From: Sphaerodactylus townsendi
Lineage: Eukaryota
Assembly (NCBI RefSeq): GCF_021028975.2
Contig: NC_059426.1
Location: 69,502,001-69,566,000, forward strand
Length of the DNA stretch: 64,000 bases
Reading direction: 5' to 3'
The translations under genes were made by a program, and so were the position numbers. This document shows positions 1-18,048 of this stretch, piece after piece. Position 1 is the first letter of the stretch; the number at the start of each line of letters is the position of its first letter. Below the pieces are notes generated by a model. That model searched no databases and was not told where the DNA came from. It saw nothing but the letters and a program-made list of their open reading frames with translations.

Positions 1-291
1 TGGGGTACATACAACAACACTGCAACAAGATACAATCCTGTTCCTTATAAAGCGACTTCTTCAGAGGTATTTATATATCCATACATTAAAAAGCCCTGAA
101 CATTTCTGTTTTGCATATTCTGCAAAATGATAGCAGGGTTGGGGCTTTTCTGATCTTCACAGGCAGGTCATTCCCCTCAAGTGGTAGCTACCATGGAGAA
201 TGGACATGTCCAGGCAGTTGTCGATCTCCTCCATTTGAAGGGTGGTGCCCTCAGAAGACTTTGGTCAGATGAGCGAAGCTATTGTGGTGGC

Positions 292-500
292 TAGGGTTGC
301 CAGGTTGTGAAATACCTGGAGATTTGTCGGGGGGGGGGGGCTGGGGAGGATGAGGAAGGGAAGTATCTCAGCAGGGCATAATGCCATAGAGCCCACTCTC
401 CAAAATAGCCATTTTCTCCAGGGGAACTGATCTCTGTTAGCTGGAAATCAATTGAAATACCAGGAGATCTTCAGATCCCACCTGGAGGTTGGCAACCATA
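292..500. mobile_element. Old hAT (Blackjack-like) MITE
   Basis: Ends TAGGGTTGCCA / TGGCAACCATA; a related degenerate copy lies at about 35661-35870. Confidence 0.65.
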
Positions 501-694
501 CTGGTGATATAGTTGATGAAGTGATCCTGTAGGTATGTGGCCATTAAAGGCTTTATAGGTGATAACTAGAAGCTTGAACTAAGCCTGGTAACTGACTGGT
601 AACCCATGGAGTATCTCTACAAAGGGGTGACACACATGTTCTGCCTGTACCCAATAGTAACCGTGCTGTTGTGTTCTGTAGCAATTAAAATTTC

Positions 695-860
695 CATAAG
701 AACATAAGAAAGAGCCTGCTGGATCAGACCAGAGTCCATCTAGTCCAGCTCTCTGCTACTTGCAGTGGCCCACCAGGTGCCTTTGGGAGCTCACATGCAG
801 GATGTGAAAGCAATGGCCTTCTGCTTCTGTTCCTGAGCACCTGGTCTGTTAAGGCATTTG
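695..860 (-). mobile_element. CR1-type LINE 3'UTR fragment (same family as 50217-50590)
   Basis: Near-identical to 50217-50385 (ATAAGAACATAAGAA..GCCTGCTGGATCAGACCAGAGTCCATCTAGTCCAGC). Confidence 0.88.
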
Positions 861-1630
861 CTGTTGTCTTTTGTTGTCTTTAGGGGTATGCCCATGTAAA
901 GTGCCTTGCAACTGTCTAGATTTGAGGTAACCAGAGCATGCATCTATTCATAAATATATATTACAATACATAAACATAATAAATAGTACAATAACTGACA
1001 GCCATTTCAAGAAAAGGAAATGTGGCTATGCACTTGTACCTCTATTTTCCAGTGTGCACAGACTGGAAAACAAAAATTGAATCAGCAATCTCAGCCACTC
1101 AGTAACTTACTGTAAGGAATAGTTAGTGAGTGAATGAAGGGCAGCAGATTTGCAGCAGCTGAGTAAAAAGTAAGCAATAAACGACCAAGTTATAAGGAAG
1201 CAAAACACTTGAGTAAACATGAGTAAACATCACATCTGTGAACAAAAAGATGTCAATATTTAACTTTGAATCACTGAAGTAATAAACTTTAATTGGGAAG
1301 CAAATATAGACCAAGACCTAAACATTAGGTGTAATGAGTAAGTAAACATTGATTACACCTTTTAAAAGATGGTGCATTTCTGGCCTTTAGCAAAAGGTCA
1401 ATGGAAACCGTGAATTGGATTTGACCTGCTGCTGTCCCAAGGTCACATCTTTCTGACATACCTGCTTCTATGGGCTCTGGATTCCTAATCTTGGGGACCA
1501 GGCTTTTTATAATATGGTGTAGGAATACTTTACCAGTGAGTCAGAGGAAAAAGGCACAGGAACAGGGAAGAGAAGTGGCAAGATTCGGTTGATCAGAAAG
1601 ACCTAAGTAATCAAAAAGATATGATTGGAT

Positions 1631-1871
1631 GCAGCATGGTGCAGTGGTTAAGAGCAGGAGACTCTAATCTGGAGAACCGGATTAAATTCTCTACTCCTCC
1701 ACAAGAAGCCTGCTGGCTGACCTTGGGCTAGTCGCAGTTCTCTTCGAATTCTCTCAGCCCCACCTTCCTCAGATGGTGTCTATTGCGGGGAGGGAAATGG
1801 AAGGCAACTGTAAGCTCTTTTGAGACCCCTTAATGGTAGAGAAAAGTGAGGTATTAAAACCAACTCTTCTT
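1631..1871 (+). mobile_element. tRNA-derived squamate SINE (Squam3-like)
   Basis: A-box-like TGGTGCAGTGG, degenerate B box, body GACCTTGGGCTAGTC and tail AAAACCAACTCTTCTT. Confidence 0.8.
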
Positions 1872-4558
1872 TATTACAGAATGTTTATAAAGAGCTAGTA
1901 TAGGATAGTGGGTGGGGTTTTTGGCAAAGACTTCGGAGACCTGAATTCAAATCCAAAAACGGCCATTTTAATATGAATCAAATGTGCATATGCACAGAAT
2001 AAAAATAAACGTGAGCAACACAAAGGAAGTGTGGTAACTAATGGTTACTCAGGCACTTAAGTTTCCAGCGACCCCCTCCCCCATGCTTCTCATATCCAAA
2101 CATTATTCAGGACAGTGTTCTAAAAGTTTACGTTGTTGAAAAACAAACCTGTGTTAGCTTCAGTATGAAGACTTTCCTGGGAAATGGTCTAGCAGTTTCA
2201 CAGATTAGTTCAAACTTGGCGGCCCTGGCAGGATGGCATAGTGGGCTGTGATGGGCTTTTTTCCTCTGGTCTAGAGCCCATGGACATTGCAGACTTTAAT
2301 TAATTCAACATTAATTTCTGCTTCCCACAGAGCCTGTGTTGCTGGGAGGAGGGGTTCCACAAGAGATCTCACTGTAACAAGGAATTCTCAGTATTTCACC
2401 AGCATATAATTTCCAGAACACTTCAGGGAAAGCATGACAATGAAAATGGTATAAACTTTATGTAAGTTTACAGTATAGATTTGGCTGAGTATGATGCCTT
2501 GTAGCAGAAGAATCAGAAACCTTGCCACTAACCACTGTAACTTCCCTTGTTGCTATGGTGCCCAAGTTGCTAAGGAGACTGGAGAGGATGTGGTGAGTAA
2601 GATTACTAAAACAGGAAATGCAAGTTAATAGGTAGAGAAAAGCGCTTTCCTATCAGCTCTTTTTCTTCGTCTTTTACCTTGCAGGAAATCGTAGACCAAT
2701 GCTCACCACAGGCCCGATTTTATACCTCTGTTAGGAATTGGATTACAAGCCAACAGTGGAAGCAACATGGTTATAAAGAGCATAAGTAATATTGTACAGA
2801 GCTCGGAGATACAAAAACAAGGACTGTGCAGAAGTAAAGAAGTTGTGAAGTCTTTTCACTGAGATGCAAAGTTTCTTTCTGAAAGCTTTATAAAGTGATG
2901 TAGCAATGATTCGAAGAAACATTGTTGGTTCCATTATGCAAGAAACCACCAGTCAACTATTTCAATATTCCTTTCCTTTTTCTGATCCTATATACACATT
3001 GCTGATCAGTTTCAACACTGGATAGAAAAGAAATGCTCTCTTTAATCTATTTATGGAGTCCCTGCACTTGACAAAGGGAGTCTTCAAACTCATTAATCCC
3101 TTTCTCAAATTTGACCATTTCACAAAGGCCTATCTTCTACTCCCACCCAAATATTTCAGCCATTTTCTCATTGTGGAAGAACTGTGGCAAAGGAAATATG
3201 GAACTTTGCTTCAGGATAAGGGTCCTCTGGGCCTATCAAGTGTTCAGCCTGAAGGGTTAACCATTTAAGAAAGCCATGTTAGTACAAAAACAAGATGGGA
3301 ATTTATAGAAATAACTAGATTCTTGAATGTAATCTAAGTACATCTTTAATTGGTACATCTCTAGCCTGTAACAATGTATTTAGTTTCACCACGAGATAAG
3401 TAAAACATATGGTTTGAAATGATGCAGTATTGTATCACAATTAAATAAGACTATTACCAGTGTCTGTATCAGATATAGCTGTTACTGGGCATTGGATTTA
3501 GTAAGAGAAATTACCAGATAAATGATGCACAATAAAGTAAACAGACATGATTATACAGTGGCTGATCTGTTACCTATTTATATTTGACTTCAGAAAAACA
3601 TGTTGAGGTCATCAGATTTTGCATCTGAGATCACCATTGTCCAGTTGCTCCCATGAAGGCATGTTAGTCACCTTCATAGCAAGCTATGTGAAAACAGGCC
3701 TTCGTGTATATAGATTATGTGGATGAGCATCTGTTGATGCTTACTCACTCCTCTGGATATCAGTGGATCCACTGGATCCACCTTTCGCTATGAATGTGGA
3801 TGCTTATCCCCATCTACAGCCACTACATTTTGTGGGCCTCAAGGAATGAACCATGGTCTTTGTCTTTCTATGTAATAAAACTGGAACCAAGTTACATTTG
3901 CTACTGTATGTTCTAAAACAGGTGGTATACAGAGGGAAACACCCATAGGTGGAAAGACTGGGAAAGTCTGGAACTGAGCAATGGAGATCTTGCCCCCTTG
4001 ATCTCTCTTTCCAATGTTTCCACATTCTGGTCAAGTTGGGAAGCGGTTGAGGCAAGGAAAGTGTGGTGTAAATGGCTGTGTGGGCGCTTTATTGCTGCTT
4101 CTAATGCCTCTTCCTTCACAGAAGCAACAAGAGCTACACAGAGAATCTTCGTAGCCCAACATGATCTAGAGTAGATAACAGTCTGGCATTCCAGTCATGA
4201 CAGTCACAGACTGAAAGAAGAAATCACTGGCTCGGGAGTCCCGCATTACATCTGTAAAGTGACCTACATTTGTTGCAAAATTAAATCACATTTTAAAAAT
4301 ATTGTTGTAGGGACTCTGTGAATGTAACAAAGCCAGGTAAGAACAAAGATATCATTCAAAGAAACCAGTGAAATTGTCTACTTCTGAAAAGTGGATCAGC
4401 AAGAAGTAGGTATAATGATATCAAGGAAAGAATGTCAGACCGGAGTTGCAGCACAGAGACAAACAAGGGCTGTCCACTGTCACCTTCCTCTCAGCAACAT
4501 TCCTATACAAAAAGTCTCTTCAGTACTTCCAATGGTCTTTGAATCTACCCGCTCTTAC

Positions 4559-4755
4559 CTGTTGTCAAGGTCACTGCCCCCAATAAAACCATAGCGATCA
4601 ATCTTGCGATAGGGAGTCATCCCATTCAACTCAGAGTCAGAGCCCAAGGAGCTGGCATCATCCTCCCTAGGCAATGAGGAGTCAGAGGCATGTGGCAGCT
4701 CAGTTAGGTCTTGGCTTATACTGGAGAACTCAGCTGAAAGAGAAAGGTCCGACAT
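4559..4755 (-). CDS. TBC1D10C: TBC1 domain family member 10C (carabin), first coding exon; the remaining exons are not seen and probably lie left of the window
   Basis: Translates [10 protein letters not shown]...[36 protein letters not shown], matching the TBC1D10 family N-terminal motif (human TBC1D10[31 protein letters not shown]). Ends at a strong donor AG|GTAAG (intron starts 4558, phase 2). Head-to-head with PPP1CA as in human. Start codon (ATG 4755) is the first in-frame ATG after the TGA at 4825-4827. Confidence 0.85.
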
Positions 4756-5727
4756 TTCTCCCTGCAAGATGTTGGGGCAGGGGTCAGCCCCACATGTAGC
4801 CTGAGTCCAGCACCCTTGTTTGTCTCAGACAGGATTCCCGGGTTCACACGCAAGGCACTGCGCATCTATGAACGTGGCCCTTGGCAGTACTGCTCTGACT
4901 AAAGTTCCCCACAGGCTCTGCAAACTGTTTCCTCCCACAGTCATTTCCTGATACAACTGACAACACCAGGGCCCTGAAAAATGAACACAGCTAAGGTGAA
5001 CTGCGATGTGTGTGTGCATGCGTTGTGTGTGTGTAGAGGGGAATAGGGGAAACAGAGAGCAAGAACAAGTGAACAACAAATATATGGGAAGAAAACCACA
5101 GGACAGCTCCCTGTGATGCCTCTTACAGCGAACTGCAAAGTGGTTGAGACACCCCTTGATAACCTTCCTACCTTGTTCTCTGCTGCTCTGCCTTTAGACA
5201 GGAATGCAGAAGCCCGTTACCCTGCCTTTCGTGCATCCTGCAATGCTCCCTGCTGGAGGGCATGTATCAGTACCTGGCAATACAAGTCTCTAGTGGGAGG
5301 CCTTGGAGGAGTTCAATGCCCTGCATTATTTACAGGTGACTCAAATACAGTTTGTGTTGCTCCTGGCTGGAGTGTAAATGACTCAGGTCATCCAGAGTCT
5401 CTTCTAGGGAATAAATGTGACTCCTTGAGAGAGGGCTGTGTTTATGCATAGTCTTCAGTGGTCTGCATAGTGTCATGAGTTGGGCAACCTCGGTCACTGC
5501 ATGAAGAAGTCTTAGAGCACAATGGCTGGAGATGTTCAAAGTAAAAAAGCTGTGAGCTCCCTACCCAAGTCTGGTTCTCCCCAACAAATTAAGAAAAGCA
5601 GAACATTGTGTAACTCAGCAGTTCTTCCATACAGCCAGTGTGTGGAATGTATCTCCCTGAGAAGATGCAGGCAACTATTAAGAGAGTAGTGCTTTTTCTC
5701 AGGTGGTTTCAAAATGGGGGGGGGGGG

Positions 5728-6112
5728 CAGAGGTGGGATCCAGCAGGTTCTCACAGGTTCCCAAGAGTAGGTTACTAATTATTTGTGTGTGCCAAGAGGG
5801 GGTTACTAATTGGTGATTTTGCCATGTGATTTTTGCCTTAGTTACGCCCCTCCTCTCAGCAGTAGCACGCAGAACTTGAAGCAGTCTAGCAGGAGGTGCA
5901 CCGGCATGCGTGGCAGCCTGCGCGCATTCGTTTCCCGCCCAAGGACCAGCACAGCAGCTGCGTCCTTGCCACAGCCCCCCCTGGAATGCCCTGCCCCTGG
6001 AATGCCCGGCCACGCCCCCATCATGCCCCACCCAGTCCCATTGGCGCTACGCTACATTTTGAATCCCACCACCATGGGAACCTGTTACTAAAAATTTTGG
6101 ATCCCACCACTG
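5728..6112 (+). mobile_element. Non-autonomous hAT MITE, family A copy 1
   Basis: TIRs CAGAGGTGGGATCC / GGATCCCACCACTG; near-identical to 27448-27833; no TSD visible (left flank is a G13 run). Confidence 0.85.
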
Positions 6113-7314
6113 GAGTGATATTCATATTCCAAGTGGGCTAGGAAATGGTTCCAGATTGTCTTAATCAAACTAAGAAAGCTTCACAAATTTCTGTGAATGC
6201 ACAGAAAATAAAAGAAAAAGAAAAAGCATTTCTATTCAGGCATAAGCATGCATCCACATACAGATGATAATGTTCATTTTGTATAACTCGTGGCATGTTA
6301 ATTATATGGCTTCATATAAACAAACCATGGGAAAAAACTGCCCAAGTGATTGTGATTTGTGATGATCTATCTACACATAGGCTGCATATTCATTCTTCAA
6401 CAAAAATTACTTCCATATAGAAGTTTTAGTACATGTGAAACAACAACCCTGACTGCGCTCAAGCCAATCTGGGAGCAGCTATAATTGACTCAGTTCTCTC
6501 TCCTTCCCCCAGGCAGGGTGCCATATGGTTTCTGTTACTGTCTGTTCCCTAGAGTAGAGAAAATGAACATGGAAGTGGAATGGAAATGCTAGCTGCAGTG
6601 ATAACCAATATGACCCAGTGAACAGACAGCTGGGAGAGGCCAAAAACAAAGCCTGTTTTGTAGTTTGGTGGGCTTATTTCCTACTCCAATGGTGAGGACC
6701 CCAACAGTGGGAGGTTTGGGAGAAGTCATTTTTGTTCAGGCTCACTCCCCTGACCTATAAAGTGGGAACAAAAGGGACTCACTCACAGTGTTTTAGAAAC
6801 TGTTGGCAGCCGTACCAGTCCAAAGTAAAATCCAAAACAAGAACATGATGCACATAATACCTTTTATTAGGAACAACCAAAATGACATGAATGTCCAAGT
6901 GCTGGAGTTCTAGAACTCTTCACTGTTGTTACAAAAGTAGCATTTATTTATTTTATTTGTCCCACTTATACTGTGCCCTACACTGAAGTCCCAGGGCCAC
7001 TTACAGAAAGAGGTTAAAAGCCCTGTTCAAACACTGCAATCCTAAAAATATAAAAAACATCCTTTAAAACAATAAAAAAACATCCATTAAAAATCCCCAG
7101 CCCTCCCACCCCCTGACCCCCCTTCAGCTGGCATCAATGCGGGAGACCCGGGGGGGGGGGGGGCAGGTCACACACTGAAGGCATGGAAGGAAGAGGAAGG
7201 TTTTAACCAGGCGCCAAAATCCATAAAGTGTCAGCCCAAAATGTTCTCAGAAACTGTTTTGTGTCATTTCAGTTGGTCCAAATACATGGTATTACATGGT
7301 ACATGGGTTATAGC

Positions 7315-7719
7315 CAGTGGTGGGATCCAAAAATTTTAGTAACAGGTTCCCATGGTGGTGGGATTCAAACTGTGGTGTAGAGCTATTGGGGCTGGGTGGG
7401 GCACGATGGGGGCGTGGATGGGCATTCCAGGGGCGGAACATTCCTGGGCGGGGCTGTGGCAAGGACGCAGCCTTGCATGCAGTCAACAGGCCCGAGGCTT
7501 GGGCCGAATGCGCGCAGGCACAAGGAGCTACCACGCATAGCATGAGTGCACCTCCTGCTAGACTGCTTCAAGTTCTGCACGCTACTGCTGAGAGGAGGGG
7601 CGTAACTAAGGCAAAAATCAGGTGCCAAAATCACCAATTAGTAACCCACTCTCGGCACACACAAATAATTAGTAACCTACTCTTGGGAGCCTGTGAGAAT
7701 CTGCTGGATCCCACCTCTG
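7315..7719 (-). mobile_element. Non-autonomous hAT MITE, family A copy 2 (inverted)
   Basis: Same TIRs; perfect 8-bp TSD GTTATAGC at 7307-7314 and 7720-7727. Confidence 0.92.
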
Positions 7720-8220
7720 GTTATAGCTGAACATTTTACTGTATTACTGACAAACAACCTGAAATGGAATACAGGCAAGACAGAGAAGATGCTAGAAGTC
7801 AGATGCTGATGTTCGAGATTGGCATTGCTGTTACTCTGTTGCACCAAATAGAACAGGGGAATTTAGACCCAAGTTTTTTTTTCTCCTGGCAGCAGCTCCC
7901 CCTCCCCATCTGGCATCATCTTCCTATAAACATGTGGAAATCTATATCATTCTTAAAGATTTATAATGAAAAGAAAACATTTATTTCATCTGAGATTCCA
8001 CTGACAAGATTTCTTTTAGCAGCTCTGTATTTTGAAAATTATTGATTTGGTATACCTCTGTTTGTTATTGATTGTCAATTGTCTGTGGAGTACCCATATA
8101 TACTCGGAAGGCAGATGACCTTGAACGTAAGACCACTATCCCCAAATGGTATACCCAAAATAGTTTTTTATATTTGACATAACCTTAACTTGTATGCGAA
8201 TTTAAGTCAATCCTCTCTCT

Positions 8221-8416
8221 ATTGTTGAAGGCTTTCACGGCTGGAATCACTGGAGTGTTGTGGGGTTTCCGGGCTGTATGGCCATGTTCCAGTAACATTT
8301 TCTCCTGACGTTTCGCCTGCATCTGTGGCTGGCATCTTCAGAGGAAGAAGGCGAAACGTCAGGAGAAAATGCTACTGGAACACGGCCATACAGCCTGGAA
8401 ACCCCACAACACTCCA
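8221..8416. mobile_element. Penelope-like element inverted pseudo-LTR remnant
   Basis: 68-bp inverted arms 8251-8318 and 8349-8416 (3 mismatches); GACGTTTCG and GGCATCTTCAGAGG hallmarks; tail TGATTCCAGCCGTGAAAGCCTTC on the - strand. Confidence 0.8.
8303..8345 (-). ncRNA. Minimal type-I hammerhead ribozyme motif (Penelope-type)
   Basis: Minus strand reads UCCU-CUGAAGA-U-GCC(agccacagaugca)GGC-GAAAC-GUC^AGGA. All core nucleotides are present, with helix I UCCU/AGGA, helix II GCC/GGC and a palindromic loop-less helix III (ACGU). Confidence 0.75.
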
Positions 8417-8996
8417 ATGTCCCCCACCCTCTCTGATGGCATACCTGAAGTGGTGGGGGAGAAATCCTAGTCTTGCATTTGAGTAAATATAGTATTTTAA
8501 GAATTTTAGCAGTTTGAGGTGTTTTGTTCTGTTTGTTTGTAAAAGTATAGACATATTTAAATAAATGAAAATACTTTGGGAGGCTGGAAGTTTTGGTCAT
8601 TTCTGATTTGTCTGTCGGGCTATCACCGAGAACCGCCCCTCCGGGCACCTGCTCGCTCAGACGAGATCACCGGCCTCTCTCTCTCTCTCTTGCGAAAGGC
8701 CAAGGATGGCGCAACCGCAGAGCAAGATCACGCTTCTGGGCCCTTGTTGATCCCTCCAGCCTGTAGGTGGTGGTGGCGGCGCGGCGGCGGCGGCCGATGG
8801 GACCCGGGAGCGCGCGCCTTCCCTTCCTGCTTCCTCGCTCCGGCGGCGCCTCCTTGGCAAGAAGCGGGGGAGGAGAGGCGGCCCTGCCCCTGCCGCTCGT
8901 GGGCTGCCTGGTGCCACCGAAGAGCGCGAGGGGGGCCGCTGCGCCAAGCAGGAGGGACTCCGGCGGCCGAGGCTTCCTCTCCCCACCGTCGCCGCC

Positions 8997-15388
<6,392 letters not shown>

Positions 15389-15659
15389 CTAGTCCTGCCT
15401 GTCCCCTCCCCTCAGCTGTAGGTGTGGGGCCCAGGCTGTCTTGAGTAGCGCTTACACTGTACAGCGGCTGCCTACCTCCCCAGGGCCCAGCCATGTAATT
15501 TTTTTAAAAAACTTCTGAATACAAATTCAATACCAAAAATTCTGCTCCCCTGGAATGGGGATGTCTTTATTTTTGGGGGTATTTTTGATTGACTTTTTTG
15601 CCAACTTTGTCCTGATGTATGCCCTCCCTTCCCCCATGGGGGTACTACATCTTTTTTTG

Positions 15660-15665
15660 AATAAA
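15660..15665 (+). terminator. Probable PPP1CA polyadenylation signal AATAAA
   Basis: First AATAAA after the stop codon, followed by U/GU-rich sequence (CTTCTGTGTTTACTGTTT). Confidence 0.6.
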
Positions 15666-16385
15666 TATGTAAGATTCTTATATGGCTGCCTTCTGTGTTT
15701 ACTGTTTAGGGGGAAAATGAGCAGGCTTAGGGGGTGAGACGGAAGAATACTTTTGACTTTTATAAGCTGAGATGAAGAGCTTTAAAAAAAAAGAAACTGC
15801 TGTGTTTCAGAAGGTGGGTGAAAGAATAGAATGCTTTTATAATCATTCACCGTCTGGATTTTCCTGTACTGACAGAAAACAGTAGAAGATGAACAGTGAC
15901 AACCCAATCCAACCCAAGGGACAGTGGTCCTCAGGAAGAAATTGGAGTAAAGTTGGTAGCTGACAGGTGGGTGCCTGTAGGTCCTGATCCTGTAGCAGGA
16001 TCAGGACCTAGCTGTGTGTAGGTCAGACAACAGTGCATCTTTCAGTTGCAAGCATCCCAGCATAGAGCCTTCTAGAAAGTGTGGACGTGGGTTTCATTAG
16101 TCTTCTGCAGGGGTCGGGAACCTGCGGCTCCCGAGCCGCATGTGGCTCTTTCATCCTCCTACTGCAGCTCCCAGCATGGCTGTCCCTTTCTGCGGCCAGC
16201 CAGCCAGGCCCCACCCCTTCCTCCTTCCCCTTGGGTCCTGTCTGAGGCAAGAGCCGCAGACCCGCCTCGGATTCTTCCTCCCGCCCCCACCGCCGCCCGT
16301 GCCCAGCAGAAGGACACCTAGCTCCTTCTGCAAAACTTATCTTCCACACTGTGCAAAAATAAAGGAAGCCTGCCTGGATCCTCCT

Positions 16386-16651
16386 CTGCCTGCTTGGATC
16401 CTCCTCTGCCCTAGCTTGCATTCAAAACGGGACTTTGGGAGGGGCGGTGCTGAAGTAAAGCCGGCCCCAGGGAAGGTGAGAAGCGATCCTTTCTTTCCTG
16501 CCAGCTCCCCTCTCCCCACCCCCCGCCCCTCCCTGCCTGCTTGGATCCTCCTCTGCCCTAGCTGCATTCAAAACGGGACTTTGGGAGGGGCGGTGCTGAA
16601 GTAAAGCCGGCCCCAGGGAAGGTGAGAAGCAATCCTTTCTTTCCTGCCAGC
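16386..16651 (+). repeat. Tandem duplication (about 147-bp period, about 120 bp near-identical) inside the hAT element
   Basis: CTGCCTGCTTGGATCCTCCTCTGCCCTAGC...CTTTCTTTCCTGCCAGC occurs at about 16386-16505 and 16533-16651. Confidence 0.9.
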
Positions 16652-17800
16652 CCCCCCCCCCCCCCCCCCCCAGCTTCCATCCTAGCTGCAGTCCCCAGCA
16701 GGACCTTGCAAAAAGAAGCAACAAGAAAGGAGATGCGGCGTGCGCAGAGGATGGATTTTTCAAACGGGTTAGGCACCAGTGGGACTCTGCAAAGAGAAGC
16801 GCCAAGAAATGGGATGTGGTGCATGTAGAGGACAAATTTTGGAAGGGGGGCAGGTCCAAGCAGCCGGACCTTCAAAAGTGAGGCACCAAGAAATGGGATG
16901 CGGGGCGCCATGAGGACGGATTTTGGTAAGTGAAGCACCTTGGGGCAGCAGTTGGGCACACTGGAGCCTCACCTCCAGGCTGGAGTTGAGTTGTGTGGCT
17001 TTGTGTGTTTACTCGGCTGGGCGCCCCTCCTCTCCCTCCTCCTCCCGGCAGCTGGGAAGGGGAAGGGTTCAGCCACACAGTTCCTGCCTTAGTTTCCCTC
17101 CTGACTGGAGGCAAAATGAGTGGCTGAACTGGGGAAGGAGAAACTTTGTGCAGCCTGGTCCCCGTTGGCAACCAAAGTCAACAGCCTCTCTGCCAGCTTG
17201 CAGACCTCCTACCCATGTAGTAGTGAAAGGACAAGGTTTGGAGGGAGAGGTGCAAACTCAGGAAACTGCTCCAAAGTCCTTTCTGAATTGCTGCATGAGG
17301 ATTAGAAAGCCCCCCCATTCTCAAAAAACTGTGTATTTAGGTTGTCACTTTTCCAGGTCCTAGATTTCATACAGGCTTACTTAGAAACCCTGCTGAACTC
17401 AGAATTTACTTCATTAAGTAAGCTTGCATGGGAGTTTCCATGACAACAAAGGGAGATGCGCAGTTGAGATGTAGTCAGGTGCCCTTTCAATTGGTAGAGT
17501 TGTTAAGAAGGTTGGCAAAAAGGCTGTAAAGTTCTACAAAGTATTCTGAATATTAAGAGACAGATGCAGTCAGTTCGAGGCGCAGAGTTTAAAAAAGTTT
17601 TGCGCTGATTGTCAGAATCCTTTGCTTCCAAATTTTAATAAATTCAGTGTGTTTGAAAATTTGATAACTATAACCTTGCCTTCAAAAACAGTGACACTAC
17701 CATGCTTTCTAGGTTTATTACATCCCAGAGTAAGAAGCTGGGATTAGAAGAGAGTTCTTCTGCAGTGTAGAAATAGATGTTTTATACAAAGCGTAAAGGG

Positions 17801-17834
17801 GTGTGTGTGTGTGTGTACGTACACACACACACAC
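17801..17834. repeat. Palindromic microsatellite (GT)8-ACGT-(AC)7
   Basis: Perfect 32-bp palindrome 17803-17834 of alternating purine/pyrimidine. Confidence 0.92.
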
Positions 17835-18048
17835 AGTGTTCATTTTAAATGTCAAAAAGTATTTGCGGCTCCAAGTGTTTTCTTTTCCGTGGAAAACGGG
17901 TCCAAATGGCTCTTTGGGTGTGAAAGGTTCCCTACCCCTGGTCTACTGTAACTAGTGGCCAGTGGTGCAGTCCAGCTGTGAACCCATTCCCCACATACAT
18001 TCTTCTTCCCATTAGGGACTTCCAAGGGGAGCTGCTATAAACACTGCA

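Larger units (their letters stand above)
16108..17940 (+). mobile_element. 1.83-kb non-autonomous hAT (Charlie-like) element between the PPP1CA and RAD9A 3' ends
   Basis: TIRs CAGGGGTCGGGAACCT / AGGTTCCCTACCCCTG, subterminal TGGCTCTTT motifs, 8-bp TSD GTCTTCTG / GTCTACTG; no transposase ORF. Confidence 0.88.

Noticed and set aside
3913-4119. ORF in TBC1D10C orientation as a candidate next exon
   Set aside because: No similarity to the expected RQRExKW..M...W segment and no fitting phase-2 splice sites.
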